From Pyrodictium occultum (GTDB lineage: Archaea; Thermoproteota; Thermoprotei_A; Sulfolobales; Pyrodictiaceae): a stretch of DNA of 32,000 bases. The stretch spans positions 780,001 to 812,000 of the forward strand of contig NZ_LNTB01000001.1 in assembly GCF_001462395.1 (NCBI RefSeq), read 5' to 3'. Below the pieces are notes generated by a model. That model worked only from the letters and a program-made list of their open reading frames with translations, was not told the origin of the DNA and made no database searches. Below, piece after piece: positions 14,012-23,164 of the stretch (its first letter is position 1; each line of letters begins with the position of its first letter). Made by a program: the position numbers and the translations under genes.

Positions 14012-16714
14012 GTGAAGCGGGCCGTGAAGCATAGAAGTATTGTCGCGTTCTTCGTCATATCCCTCTTCCTGCTGCCAACCATCGCCTCGCTGACCCCCGC
14101 GGCGGCTCAGCAGGCCAACCAGCCTGTGGGCCAGCCGCCGGTCGAGATAGTGTTCAAGAGCGTCACCGACCAGACGGCCGGCATTATCCAGGTGGCTAAG
14201 GGCGATGCCGACGTATTCCTCTGGAGCCAGCCTCTAAGCAACTACAAGAACGTGCCCAAGGACCTCATGAATAACCTCGCGCTGATACCCTCCGGCTCAG
14301 TGTTCGTGGACATAGCGCTGAACCCCGCCTCCAACGTCTACGACTCCAAGAAGCCTGGAGTGGTACAGCTCAAGGATAGGAACATCACCGGGCAGAGGAT
14401 ACCCGGCCTCGTCTACCTCAACGCAGACAAGGTGACCGGCAGCAACTGGGTAGGCATAAACAAGGTGGCGCCCAACGACCACAACATAAAGTTCAACCCC
14501 TGGGGCTACTGGAAGATAAGGCTAGCCCTAGAGTACCTGATAGACAGGAACTTCATAGTGCAGAGCATCTACCAGGGCAGCGCCGTCCCCATGCTCACCG
14601 CCCTGCTGCCCACCCACGGCGACTACGGGTTCGTGCAGGACATACCCGAGAGCATGGGCATATCAGCGGCCGCCGACGTGCAGAAGGCTGTCAAGCTCTT
14701 CAACCAGGCTATAGACGAGCTCAACAAGACGTACCAGCAGTACGGCTACAAGCTGTACTACAAGACCGTTAACGGGAAGAAGGTGCTCTACTTCAAGTAC
14801 CCCGACGGCTACGAGGAGCCCGTGACAGTGAACTTCCTGATACGTATCGAGGATGAGAGGCTGCAGATAGGCCGCCAGATAGCCAAGTGGATAGAGGACT
14901 ACTTCGGCATCAAGGTGAACAGGATAGAGAGGGAGAGGAGCGTAGTAACCCCCGTGGTGTACGGCCAGAACCCGATAGACACGAGCAAGACCCTGGGCAA
15001 CGTGATGTGGAGCATGTACACCGAGGGCTGGGTGTCAACCGGCGAGGAGCCTGCCTACTGGCACGGCCGCGGCAGCGCGGCCTTCTTCTACGCGCCGCTT
15101 CTAGGCTACGGCCCCAACCACCGCGTGACCAGCTGGTGGTACTTCTACAACCCGTGGGCCTATGAACTCGGTAAGAAGCTGTTCTTCGGAGCCTATACGC
15201 CGGACCAGAAGCAGCAGCTGATAAACGATATACGCGCCATGGTCAAGTGGGGCCTCGAGCAGTCCATACGCGTATTCATAGCCCAGAGCCTCCAGTACTT
15301 CGCGGTTAACAAGAACCGCGTGACCTACAGCATATACGGCGCCATATCCGGGCTCTGGACGCCCTGGGCCCTGAGGACAATACGTACCGTGGACGGCAAG
15401 CTAACCATACTAGAGTATTCGAGCCAGGGCGCCCTCTTCATGAGCGCCTGGAACCCTGTGCTAGGCTTCAACGACATCTACAGCAACGTCATATGGAACC
15501 TGATACATGACTTCTCCATGTACAACCACCCGGTAACCGGCATGCCCACGCCGCTGCGCGCAACCTGGGACGTGAAGATCGGCAACATAACCGTGCCCGA
15601 GGACGCCATGGTGTATGATCCCGTGGCCAACAAGTGGATAACCATCGGCGAGGCTATAGCCGAGAATAAGACCTACATACCCGGCGTCAGCGACCTCATC
15701 GAGAGCGGCGGCAAGGCCAAGGCGGTGGTGGTGTTCAACTACAAGCTCGGCAAGTGGCACGACGGCAGCAAGATGACGCTAGCCGACATCCTCGGCAGCC
15801 TGGCCTTCGACTACGAGTGGGCGTTTAACGACACCAAGGTGACCGGCAAGCCCGACCCCTACTACGACCCCGAGATCGATAGCGCTGTCACCCCAGCTCT
15901 AGCCAACATATTCGGCATAAAGATAATCAACGACACAGCTGTAGCCATCTACACCCCCTACGTCGACGTGGACCCGGCGCTGATAGCAAGCCAGGTCGAC
16001 ATATGGCCCACGGTGCCACTGCACCTACTGCTAGCCATGGAGAAGGCCGTGGTAGAGGATCCCGGCGGCACCAACTACGGCTGGACCACGAGAGAGGCTA
16101 CTCACGAGCGCGCCATAGACATGCTGAAGGACGGCAAGGTGATAAAGCAGATGGCCCTAGAGCTGAAGGGCAGCAAGGTGGTCTACCTCAACGGGCTGAA
16201 CCTGCCCTTCAACCTCGACGAGAGGGTAGAGTACCTAGCAAAGTTCATAGACACCTACGGCCACGCCGTGGTGTCCAACGGCCCCTACATGGTGGTGAGC
16301 TACAACCCCTCGGCCAATGAGCTGGTGCTAAAGGCGTTCAAGGACTACCCGCTGCCCAGAGGCTACATACCCAAGCAGCTGCTAGAGGTAACCCACAACA
16401 ACGTGTTCTACAACCCTGCACCGCTGAAGACCACGACCCAGGGCACCACAGCCACAGCTACGACAGCCACGACTACGACGACTACGACTCCGACCGCTAC
16501 AACAACCACCATGACCACAACTACTCAGACTACCAAACCCGCTACAACTACGACCCAGACCACAGCACCGCCCACCCAGACCACCAGTGCTGCTGCCACC
16601 AGCACAGCGGCAGCCACGAAGCCTGGCGGCATATCAGCCGGCACAGCTGCGGCAATAGTAATCATAATAATACTGATAGTTGCTGGCGCCAACCTAGCGT
16701 TAAGACGCAAGTAG
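14012..16714 (+). CDS. ABC transporter substrate-binding protein, Opp/Dpp class (family 5), with signal peptide, Thr-rich linker and C-terminal TM anchor
   Basis: 900 aa. The N-terminal signal is VAFFVISLFLLPTIASLTPAAAQQ. The body resembles family-5 binding proteins. A Thr/Ala-rich linker is encoded at ~16430-16620, followed by AAAIVIIIILIVAGANLALRRK. It is followed by two permease and two ATPase genes. The substrate (peptide or oligosaccharide) cannot be told from sequence. Confidence 0.85.
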   Translation: MKRAVKHRSIVAFFVISLFLLPTIASLTPAAAQQANQPVGQPPVEIVFKSVTDQTAGIIQVAKGDADVFLWSQPLSNYKNVPKDLMNNLALIPSGSVFVDIALNPASNVYDSKKPGVVQLKDRNITGQRIPGLVYLNADKVTGSNWVGINKVAPNDHNIKFNPWGYWKIRLALEYLIDRNFIVQSIYQGSAVPMLTALLPTHGDYGFVQDIPESMGISAAADVQKAVKLFNQAIDELNKTYQQYGYKLYYKTVNGKKVLYFKYPDGYEEPVTVNFLIRIEDERLQIGRQIAKWIEDYFGIKVNRIERERSVVTPVVYGQNPIDTSKTLGNVMWSMYTEGWVSTGEEPAYWHGRGSAAFFYAPLLGYGPNHRVTSWWYFYNPWAYELGKKLFFGAYTPDQKQQLINDIRAMVKWGLEQSIRVFIAQSLQYFAVNKNRVTYSIYGAISGLWTPWALRTIRTVDGKLTILEYSSQGALFMSAWNPVLGFNDIYSNVIWNLIHDFSMYNHPVTGMPTPLRATWDVKIGNITVPEDAMVYDPVANKWITIGEAIAENKTYIPGVSDLIESGGKAKAVVVFNYKLGKWHDGSKMTLADILGSLAFDYEWAFNDTKVTGKPDPYYDPEIDSAVTPALANIFGIKIINDTAVAIYTPYVDVDPALIASQVDIWPTVPLHLLLAMEKAVVEDPGGTNYGWTTREATHERAIDMLKDGKVIKQMALELKGSKVVYLNGLNLPFNLDERVEYLAKFIDTYGHAVVSNGPYMVVSYNPSANELVLKAFKDYPLPRGYIPKQLLEVTHNNVFYNPAPLKTTTQGTTATATTATTTTTTTPTATTTTMTTTTQTTKPATTTTQTTAPPTQTTSAAATSTAAATKPGGISAGTAAAIVIIIILIVAGANLALRRK

Positions 16715-16733
16715 CCCTCCGCCACGATACCAG

Positions 16734-16738
16734 TTTTT
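16734..16738 (+). terminator. Oligo-T tract (T5), first of several T-rich runs after the binding-protein gene
   Basis: CAGTTTTTAAG lies 20 nt after the stop. Further T4 runs occur at 16777-16780, 16787-16790 and 16815-16818, inside the most AT-rich spacer of the operon. Confidence 0.5.
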
Positions 16739-16866
16739 AAGTTTACAATAAGTTATCTGCTTACCCTAAATACCTGTTTTAGCCTCTTTTCCCTATGCTA
16801 TGCTTTAGACGATGTTTTAGCCCATAGTTGATACCGTGCCTGCTCTGGGCTCACCTGGTGCCCAAA

Positions 16867-16874
16867 CTTATAAG
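16867..16874 (+). promoter_or_regulatory. Internal TATA box (CTTATAAG) ahead of the permease genes
   Basis: Lies ~40 nt upstream of ATG 16913. Confidence 0.5.
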
Positions 16875-16912
16875 CTAAGACCAGGACGCCCTCCCCGGGG
16901 CTGGGCAGCAGC

Positions 16913-18004
16913 ATGGCCGGAATCGGCCGCTTTATAGCGGCTAGACTGCTTAATGCATCAATCACTCTAATTGTCGCGCTCGTCTTCATCTCCACCATAT
17001 ACGCTGTCTACAGCGTTAAGGAGAAGCAGGCCGCTGTAGAGGAGCAGTACGTGTTTATGGCGCGGCAGCTCCAGCAGAAATACAAGGATCCCCGAGAGCT
17101 GCAGGAGGCTCTCAAGAAGCTCAAGGAGTCCCTGATGCGGCAGTACGGTGTAACCGGCTCCTTCTACCATGACGTGATCAATGATGTTAAGAGGCAGTTG
17201 CTGGCAGTGTTCACATTCGATTTCGGCACGTCGAGGAACCGTTACTTCGGCACCACGGATATAGGCGAGCAGGTCAAGATAGCTCTCAAGAACACGGTTA
17301 TACTCTTCACAACAGCTACAATCATAACGTCGATAATAGGTATTCTCCTGGGCCTCTACATGGCCCGCAAGCCGGGCGGCGTCCTCGATAGGACCGTCTC
17401 GATCCTCGGCATGGTGTCCTGGAGTCTTCCCACCTGGTGGGTAGGCATACTCTTCCTCCTCATATTCTCCTTCTACCTGGGCTGGTTCCCGACGCAGGCT
17501 AAGGAGGTCTACGCAGCTCTCCAGGCTATACCCGAGAACCTGCCCCTCTACACCAGGCTCTTCCTGGAGCTGAAGACGTGGCTCTACTACATGGCCCTAC
17601 CGCTGATAACCATTGTTAGCGTGAGTGTAGGCGGCTGGGCCTATGTTGTGCGCACCATAGTGCTCGAGACTATGCAGCAGGACTTCGTCATAGCGGCCCG
17701 CGCCAGGGGGCTGCCCGAGAGACGCGTCATCTACGGCCATGTGCTGAGGACCAGCAGCCCTCCGATAGTGGCTAATGTCGCCCTGTCCCTGGTGGGCTCG
17801 TTCGGCGGCGCCATTATAACCGAGACCGTGTTCGGCTGGCCCGGCATGGGGCTACTCTACTGGGTTGCCCTGCTCAATAGCGAGGTAAACGTGCTGATAG
17901 CCACTACAGCGCTTGTCGTGATACTGTTCGTGGCTCTCGTGTATACTCTCGACTTCATATACATGCTTCTCGACCCGCGTGTCCGCACCCATGAGACGGT
18001 TTAG
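16913..18004 (+). CDS. ABC transporter permease (OppB/DppB-like)
   Basis: 363 aa and multi-TM. Typical N-terminus RFIAARLLNASITLIVALVF. EAA-loop region DFVIAARARGLPERRVIYGHVLR. C-terminus LDPRVR. Confidence 0.9.
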   Translation: MAGIGRFIAARLLNASITLIVALVFISTIYAVYSVKEKQAAVEEQYVFMARQLQQKYKDPRELQEALKKLKESLMRQYGVTGSFYHDVINDVKRQLLAVFTFDFGTSRNRYFGTTDIGEQVKIALKNTVILFTTATIITSIIGILLGLYMARKPGGVLDRTVSILGMVSWSLPTWWVGILFLLIFSFYLGWFPTQAKEVYAALQAIPENLPLYTRLFLELKTWLYYMALPLITIVSVSVGGWAYVVRTIVLETMQQDFVIAARARGLPERRVIYGHVLRTSSPPIVANVALSLVGSFGGAIITETVFGWPGMGLLYWVALLNSEVNVLIATTALVVILFVALVYTLDFIYMLLDPRVRTHETV

Positions 18005-18036
18005 CGGCGGTGCTCCGAGGCTAGGGGTGGCCCGGC

Positions 18037-19527
18037 ATGGGGCTAGCTGAGCGCGTAAAGAGCGTGTGGGACGAGTATAAGCGCGATAAACTGGGGATGC
18101 TCGGGCTAGCCCTCCTCGCAGTCTTCATATTCGTGGCTGTAGCCTTCCCGCTGATAGGCGACGAGGAGGTTATCAAGAACTGGGATAACTACGAGTACTT
18201 CCGCTTCTACCCGAAGGCTGTCCCGCCCTGCTGGGCCTCGGTGCTCACGGGCGAGGAGTACACGCGTACCATAATTACTGGTGGTGAGCCGGTCAAGGTT
18301 CTAGCCTCCAGGGGGTTTGACAAGCAGCTGGGCATGCCGTATGTAAACGTGACTATAGAGGTCCCGGTGGATGTGACGGGCACTAAGCCGCCCAGCGACG
18401 TGCTTCTGAAGGCGCATGTCTTCTATAATTCGTCGAGCCAGCCTATCTATGTGACCGAGCTCGGGATAGTGAGGCCCGATGGTAAGCGCTTCTATCTCGT
18501 GCCCCCGGGCTCCCGGGAGCCGGTAAGCAGCGTGTTCAGCGGGCTTCCCAGCCGCCACGCTAACCTAACCACCGTACTGAGCTTCAGGACGCTGACCCAG
18601 AACCAGCTCCTAGTACTCAGGCATGTGCTGCCCGAGCTGCAGCGGATGGGGCTGCAGGTCAGCTTCGTGGATGTCCCCTCGATAGTATTGTCGCTGTTCG
18701 ACGCCCTCTACGCGAAGGACATGGCCGCCGCGCTGCAGGGCAACTCCACTACTGCGCTTAAGGGCCGCTACTGGTGGGTGGTGAAGCTCCAGGGCTACAA
18801 CGCCACCATAGTGTTTAGGCCGGAGAAGCTCGCCGTCATAGGCTCCTGCTACGGCCTCATGGGCACCGACAACCAGGGCCATGACCTCTGGCAGGGCCTT
18901 CTCTACGGCACCCGCTGGGCCCTTATAGTCGGCCTGCTGGCGAGCGGCCTCGCGATCATACTGGGCGCCATCTACGGCACCATCGCGGGGTACTTCGGAG
19001 GCGCTGTAGACACCGTGATGATGGGGATAGCCTACATCGTCTACTCGCTCCCGGCCCTGCCCCTGCTGATCCTGCTCGCGGCGCTCTTCAGACCCAGCAT
19101 ATGGCTGATAATCTTCATGCTTGTCGCGTTCGGCTGGCCCGGCGTGTCGATAATCACCAGGTCTATGTCCCTGCAGATCCGGGCGGAGCCCTACGTGGAG
19201 GCGGCGAGAGCGCTGGGTGCCAGCACGAAGCGCATACTCTTCCTCTACGTTATGCCGCAGATACTGCCCTACGTCTTCGCCTCTATAGCGCTCGGGGTGC
19301 CCGGCGCGATAATAACTGAGGCTTCGCTGAGCTTCCTCGGCGTCGGCGACCCGTCCAAGATAACGTGGGGCCGCATACTCCACGAGGCTGAGGCCGCTAA
19401 CGCGGCGCTGAACGGCTACTGGTGGTGGGTGGTGCCGCCGGGCCTTGCAATAGCCCTCATGGGGCTCTCGTTCATATTCATAGGCAGTGCGCTCGACCGG
19501 ATACTGAACCCCAGGCTTAGGAGGTAG
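18037..19527 (+). CDS. ABC transporter permease (OppC/DppC-like) with ~235-aa extracytoplasmic insertion
   Basis: 496 aa. TM1 at residues ~21-40. The conserved [12 protein letters not shown] motif appears only at residue ~274. EAA region [23 protein letters not shown]-terminus [10 protein letters not shown]. Confidence 0.9.
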   Translation: MGLAERVKSVWDEYKRDKLGMLGLALLAVFIFVAVAFPLIGDEEVIKNWDNYEYFRFYPKAVPPCWASVLTGEEYTRTIITGGEPVKVLASRGFDKQLGMPYVNVTIEVPVDVTGTKPPSDVLLKAHVFYNSSSQPIYVTELGIVRPDGKRFYLVPPGSREPVSSVFSGLPSRHANLTTVLSFRTLTQNQLLVLRHVLPELQRMGLQVSFVDVPSIVLSLFDALYAKDMAAALQGNSTTALKGRYWWVVKLQGYNATIVFRPEKLAVIGSCYGLMGTDNQGHDLWQGLLYGTRWALIVGLLASGLAIILGAIYGTIAGYFGGAVDTVMMGIAYIVYSLPALPLLILLAALFRPSIWLIIFMLVAFGWPGVSIITRSMSLQIRAEPYVEAARALGASTKRILFLYVMPQILPYVFASIALGVPGAIITEASLSFLGVGDPSKITWGRILHEAEAANAALNGYWWWVVPPGLAIALMGLSFIFIGSALDRILNPRLRR

Positions 19528-19528
19528 C

Positions 19529-20539
19529 GTGGTGGCCAGGGGGATGGCGCTTCTCGAGGTACGGGACCTGAAGGTCTACTACTACACGCTCCGCGGTGTA
19601 GTGAAGGCAGTTGACGGCGTCTCATTCGACCTCGAGAAGGGCGAGGTGCTGGGGATAGCCGGCGAGAGCGGCTGCGGTAAGAGCACGCTCGCCTGGGGGC
19701 TCCTGGGGCTCGTCCCTCCCCCAGGCCGCATCGTCGGGGGTAGCGTGAAGCTCGAGGGCCAGGAGCTCACCAGGATGAGCGAGGCGGAGCTGCGTAGGAA
19801 GATACGCTGGAAGCGTATAAGCATGATATTCCAGGGCGCTATGAACGTGCTCACGCCCGTCTACACGGTGGGCCGCCAGATAGTGGAAGTGCTAACTCTC
19901 CACGGAGGCTACAGTGAGGAGGAGGCCAGGCAGAGGGCCCACGAGCTCCTCGAGAGCGTCGGGCTGGACCGCTCCATATTCTACCGCTACCCCCACGAGC
20001 TGAGCGGGGGCCAGAAGCAGCGCGTCGTCATAGCGATGGCCCTAGCCCTGGAGCCCGACATAGTGATAGCCGACGAGCCTACAACAGCGCTCGACGTGGT
20101 TGTGCAGGCCCAGATACTCAACCTCATGAAGAAGCTGCAGAGGGAGAAGGGCATAAGCATAATAATAATAAGCCACGACCTCGGCGTGATAGCCGAGCTT
20201 GCAGACAAGGTAATGATAATGTACGCGGGCAAGGCCGTGGAGTATGGGAGCGCGGAGGATGTGTTCTACCGGCCACGCCACCCCTACACCTACCTGCTGC
20301 TAGAGTCCTTCCCCAGGCTCCACGGCCCCAAGCGGCTCCGCTACATCCCCGGCCAGCCGCCGGACCTCCGCCGCCCGCCGCCGGGCTGCCGCTTCGCCCC
20401 CCGATGCCCCCTGGCGGAGGAGCGGTGCCGCAGGGAAGAGCCCCCGCTCATGCCCTACGAGCCGGGCGGGCCCGGCCACTACGTGGCCTGCTGGCTCGCC
20501 GGGACGGCGGTGGAGAAGCTTAGAGAGGCAGGGCAGTAG
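19529..20539 (+). CDS. ABC transporter ATP-binding protein (OppD/DppD-like)
   Basis: Walker [10 protein letters not shown], signature LSGGQKQR, Walker [13 protein letters not shown]. Opp-type C-terminal Cys-rich extension: GCRFAPRCP...CRREEPPL...HYVACWL. Confidence 0.93.
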   Translation: MVARGMALLEVRDLKVYYYTLRGVVKAVDGVSFDLEKGEVLGIAGESGCGKSTLAWGLLGLVPPPGRIVGGSVKLEGQELTRMSEAELRRKIRWKRISMIFQGAMNVLTPVYTVGRQIVEVLTLHGGYSEEEARQRAHELLESVGLDRSIFYRYPHELSGGQKQRVVIAMALALEPDIVIADEPTTALDVVVQAQILNLMKKLQREKGISIIIISHDLGVIAELADKVMIMYAGKAVEYGSAEDVFYRPRHPYTYLLLESFPRLHGPKRLRYIPGQPPDLRRPPPGCRFAPRCPLAEERCRREEPPLMPYEPGGPGHYVACWLAGTAVEKLREAGQ

Positions 20540-20555
20540 AGGGGGCGACGAGGCC

Positions 20556-21578
20556 GTGCCGGAGGAGGTTGTCCGGGTAGAGGACCTCCACGTCTGGTTC
20601 CCCCTGCGCCGCGGCCTCGCCGACATACTGAGGCGTAGGCCCAGGCGCTACGTGAGGGCGGTCGACGGCGTATCCCTCAGCCTCGCGGAGCGCGAGGTCC
20701 TCTGCCTGGTGGGCGAGAGCGGCTGCGGCAAGACGACCACCGGCCGGGCCCTCCTGGGCCTCGTGAAGGCCACCCGGGGCCGCATACTCTTCAAGCCCTC
20801 CCCCAGGCTGGCGAAGATAATGGAGGAGAACGGTGTCAGCCTCGAGAACGGCTACGTGGATATAACGAAGCTCAGGGGCAGGCTACGGCGGGCTGTAAGG
20901 CGCGAGATACAGATGGTCCAGCAGGACCCGTACAGCAGCCTCAACCCGAGGTATACGATACGCTACACGCTCGAGGAGCCCCTGATAATACACCGTATAG
21001 GCGACGAGGAGACGCGGCTCAAGAAGGTTAGGGAGATGCTTGAGGCGGTCAAGCTCGTGCCCGCCGACGACTTCCTGGACCGCTATCCCCACCAGCTCAG
21101 CGGCGGGCAGCGCCAGAGGGTTGCCATAGCCAGGGCCTTCATACTGGAGCCCAGGCTGGTGGTTGCGGACGAGCCCGTCTCCATGCTGGACGTGTCTATA
21201 AGGGCTGAGATACTGGAGCTGCTCCTCAAGCTCCGCAACCGGTACAACACGGCGATACTCTTCATAACGCACGACCTGGCAGTGGCCAGGTATATCTGCG
21301 ACAGGATAGCAGTAATGTACCTGGGCAGGATAGTGGAGATAGGCCCGACGGACAAGGTGATCGAGGAGCCCCTCCACCCCTACACCCGGGCGCTGGTGGC
21401 AGCGATACCCGAGCCGGACCCGGCAAACAGGAAGAAGCTCCGCACCATCCCGATAAAGGGCGAGGTGCCCAGCGCCGTGAACATACCGGCGGGCTGCCGG
21501 TTCCGCCCCCGCTGCATAGCCTACGACAGGCACCCCGGGGTCCGGCCGCGCTGCGAGAAGGAGGAGCCCCTCTCATAG
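20556..21578 (+). CDS. ABC transporter ATP-binding protein (OppF/DppF-like), apparently truncated at its C-terminus by a frame change
   Basis: Walker [10 protein letters not shown], signature LSGGQRQR, Walker B VVADEPVSMLD, then GCRFRPRC...CEKEEPLS-stop. The expected continuation is present in the -1 frame (next feature). Confidence 0.9.
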   Translation: MPEEVVRVEDLHVWFPLRRGLADILRRRPRRYVRAVDGVSLSLAEREVLCLVGESGCGKTTTGRALLGLVKATRGRILFKPSPRLAKIMEENGVSLENGYVDITKLRGRLRRAVRREIQMVQQDPYSSLNPRYTIRYTLEEPLIIHRIGDEETRLKKVREMLEAVKLVPADDFLDRYPHQLSGGQRQRVAIARAFILEPRLVVADEPVSMLDVSIRAEILELLLKLRNRYNTAILFITHDLAVARYICDRIAVMYLGRIVEIGPTDKVIEEPLHPYTRALVAAIPEPDPANRKKLRTIPIKGEVPSAVNIPAGCRFRPRCIAYDRHPGVRPRCEKEEPLS

Positions 21579-21622
21579 ACATGGGCGGCGGCCGCAGGGT
21601 GGCCTGCTGGCTCTACGCCTAA
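21569..21622 (+). other. Out-of-frame conserved C-terminal segment of the OppF-like ATPase (PLIDMGGGRRVACWLYA-stop)
   Basis: Reading from c21569 in the -1 frame gives PLIDMGGGRRVACWLYA. This parallels the paralogue's [23 protein letters not shown]. The switch point is the C4 run at 21567-21570. Stop TAA 21620-21622. Confidence 0.7.
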
Positions 21623-21695
21623 CCCCCGGCCCGGTGTTACTTTCCCGAGGCCCGCTAGTGGCCTCCAACCCCTTATCCCGGGACCGGGGAGAGCT

Positions 21696-22280
21696 GTGTC
21701 GTACTCCAGGCTCCTGCTGGCACTAGGCTACCTATCAGCCCCCTTCGCCGGCCCAGGCTCGGCTGTGCTGACAGCCGCGGGCTGGCTCTCCTACGGGACC
21801 GAGTCGAGGCGGCCACTCTACACCGGTATAGGCATGGCGGGCCTCCTGGGGGTAGCGGCGGTGCTGGCGGACTACTACGGCAGCGGCCACGGCCTGGCGG
21901 AGGCCGGCGGCACGGTGCTACTCCTCTACAGCGCCCTGAGCGTCGTAGCCCTCTGGACCCTGGGGATAAGGGCCGGCAGCACCCCCCTCAAGGCCGCGGC
22001 GGCGCTCCTAGCCATGTCGCTGCTCCTAGCAGTCTCCGGCGCCAGCAGCGTGGACGCGGCGACCAGGGCCGCCAGCGGGGGTGTGGTCGACTGGGGCGGC
22101 GTGGTCTGGGCCAACCAGGCGGCCCAGGGCCTCATATCAAGGATTGGGGGCGCAGCCGCCCTCGCCAAGCTGCTGGCCGCGGCTGGCGCGGTGCTGGCGA
22201 GCGTGGGCTTCCTCTCCCTGGGCGAGGCCCAGGCACGGGGAGGCAGCGAGGAGACCATATTCAGCCTAGGCACCTACTAG
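21696..22280 (+). CDS. Hypothetical polytopic membrane protein (194 aa, Ala/Gly/Leu-rich)
   Basis: Four to five hydrophobic segments. GTG start preceded by GGGGAGAG. A T4 tract at 22325-22328 lies downstream. No family recognised. Confidence 0.5.
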   Translation: MSYSRLLLALGYLSAPFAGPGSAVLTAAGWLSYGTESRRPLYTGIGMAGLLGVAAVLADYYGSGHGLAEAGGTVLLLYSALSVVALWTLGIRAGSTPLKAAAALLAMSLLLAVSGASSVDAATRAASGGVVDWGGVVWANQAAQGLISRIGGAAALAKLLAAAGAVLASVGFLSLGEAQARGGSEETIFSLGTY

Positions 22281-22444
22281 CAGTGTCCCGCCCCCCGGGG
22301 AGAAACCCTTATCCAGTGAAAGGCTTTTAGACGCGGCCCCTCATTCCTAACCCTGTTCTTTACTATTTCCTGGCGGCACTCGCTGGCCCGCCCGCGAGGC
22401 CGCCGCGCGGCGGTCTCTGTGAGCGGGCCTCGGCTCGGCGTGGC

Positions 22445-22558
22445 TCAGCCGTCCGCCGCCCTCCTGCTTCCACGCTCCTTCCTCTCAGCGTGCAGGCTAT
22501 ACGCGAGCCCGCCGAGGACTATGGCGAGGCTCAGCGCCAGCACGGCCTGCAGCATCAT
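22445..22558 (-). CDS. Candidate 37-aa single-pass membrane micro-protein (below ORF-track cutoff)
   Basis: MMLQAVLALSLAIVLGGLAYSLHAERKERGSRRAADG has one TM helix plus a basic tail. GAGGGAG lies 4 nt upstream of the ATG. ATTTATGA (plus-strand 22602-22609) lies ~45 nt upstream. It is divergent from crcB. Confidence 0.35.
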   Translation of the reverse strand: MMLQAVLALSLAIVLGGLAYSLHAERKERGSRRAADG

Positions 22559-22692
22559 GTCTCCCTCGCACCCTTATACTAGTGGGCTCGGCTTCCCCCT
22601 CTCATAAATGGTGGTCCAATCCCCATCCTGGGCCGGTTCGACTATAGTCGAGCCCCGCTAGGTCCAGCCTCCCAGGACGGCGGTGACCCACA

Positions 22693-22703
22693 TTATCTAT
22701 AAT
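22693..22703 (+). promoter_or_regulatory. TATA box (TTATCTATAAT) of crcB
   Basis: Centred ~23 nt upstream of ATG 22721, implying a leaderless or near-leaderless transcript. Confidence 0.55.
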
Positions 22704-22720
22704 CCTGTAAACAACGTGAA

Positions 22721-23164
22721 ATGCCTCCAGGCCCCCGGGCTGCTGGGCCCAGGGGTAGCCGGGCGGTGCTGCGGGAGACCCTGCTGGTGGCTCTGGGGGG
22801 AGCCCTAGGGGCTGTGGCGAGGTGGCTCTTCTCCAAGGCCATCCAGGCGGGCCACGAGTTCCCGGTGGGCACGCTGGCGGTAAACGTGCTCGGCTCCATC
22901 CTCCTGGGCTTCGTGCTCGAGGCATCGCTGCTCTACGGTGTGTTCACTAGGGACCAGCGCCTCCTAATAGCCACGGGGTTCGCGGGCGCTTTCACAACCT
23001 TCTCGACGTTCATGTATGAGAGCTTCTCCCTGGTAAGGGAGCATGAGGGGCTCCAGGCGCTGGCCTATGTAGCGCTGAGCCTCGGCCTGGGGCTCGCAGG
23101 TATATACCTAGGGGCTGTGCTAGCGAACATGGTGTATGGGCGTGGCACGCTGGCTACGCCTTAG
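22721..23164 (+). CDS. crcB: Fluoride ion channel CrcB/Fluc
   Basis: Motifs: LLVALGGALGAVARWLFS, GTLAVNVLGSILLGF, GFAGAFTTFSTF. It carries a ~20-aa N-terminal extension relative to the usual family start. An internal GTG start (VLRETLLVALGG) is possible. Confidence 0.88.
   Translation: MPPGPRAAGPRGSRAVLRETLLVALGGALGAVARWLFSKAIQAGHEFPVGTLAVNVLGSILLGFVLEASLLYGVFTRDQRLLIATGFAGAFTTFSTFMYESFSLVREHEGLQALAYVALSLGLGLAGIYLGAVLANMVYGRGTLATP

Noticed and set aside
16430-16620. Repetitive ACC/ACG/ACA-rich DNA
   Set aside because: It is in frame within the binding-protein gene and encodes a Thr/Ala-rich linker before the C-terminal TM anchor. This is known architecture for crenarchaeal Opp-class binding proteins. 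It is not a tandem DNA repeat or CRISPR array. The KPGG-TM-RRK end lacks a true PGF motif, so I do not call it an archaeosortase signal.
18610-19383. 257-aa minus-strand ORF inside the OppC-like permease gene (also 20883..21533, 30882..31442 on minus; 11872..12420, 29578..30114 on plus)
   Set aside because: All are antisense or alternative-frame shadows of genes with strong motif support. Their compositions are dominated by Arg/Gly/Pro/His/Val, and none has start-site signals.
22559-22720. Fluoride (crcB-motif) riboswitch ahead of crcB
   Set aside because: I found no match to the conserved crcB-motif pseudoknot sequence. The TATA box sits ~23 nt from the ATG, leaving no 5' UTR.
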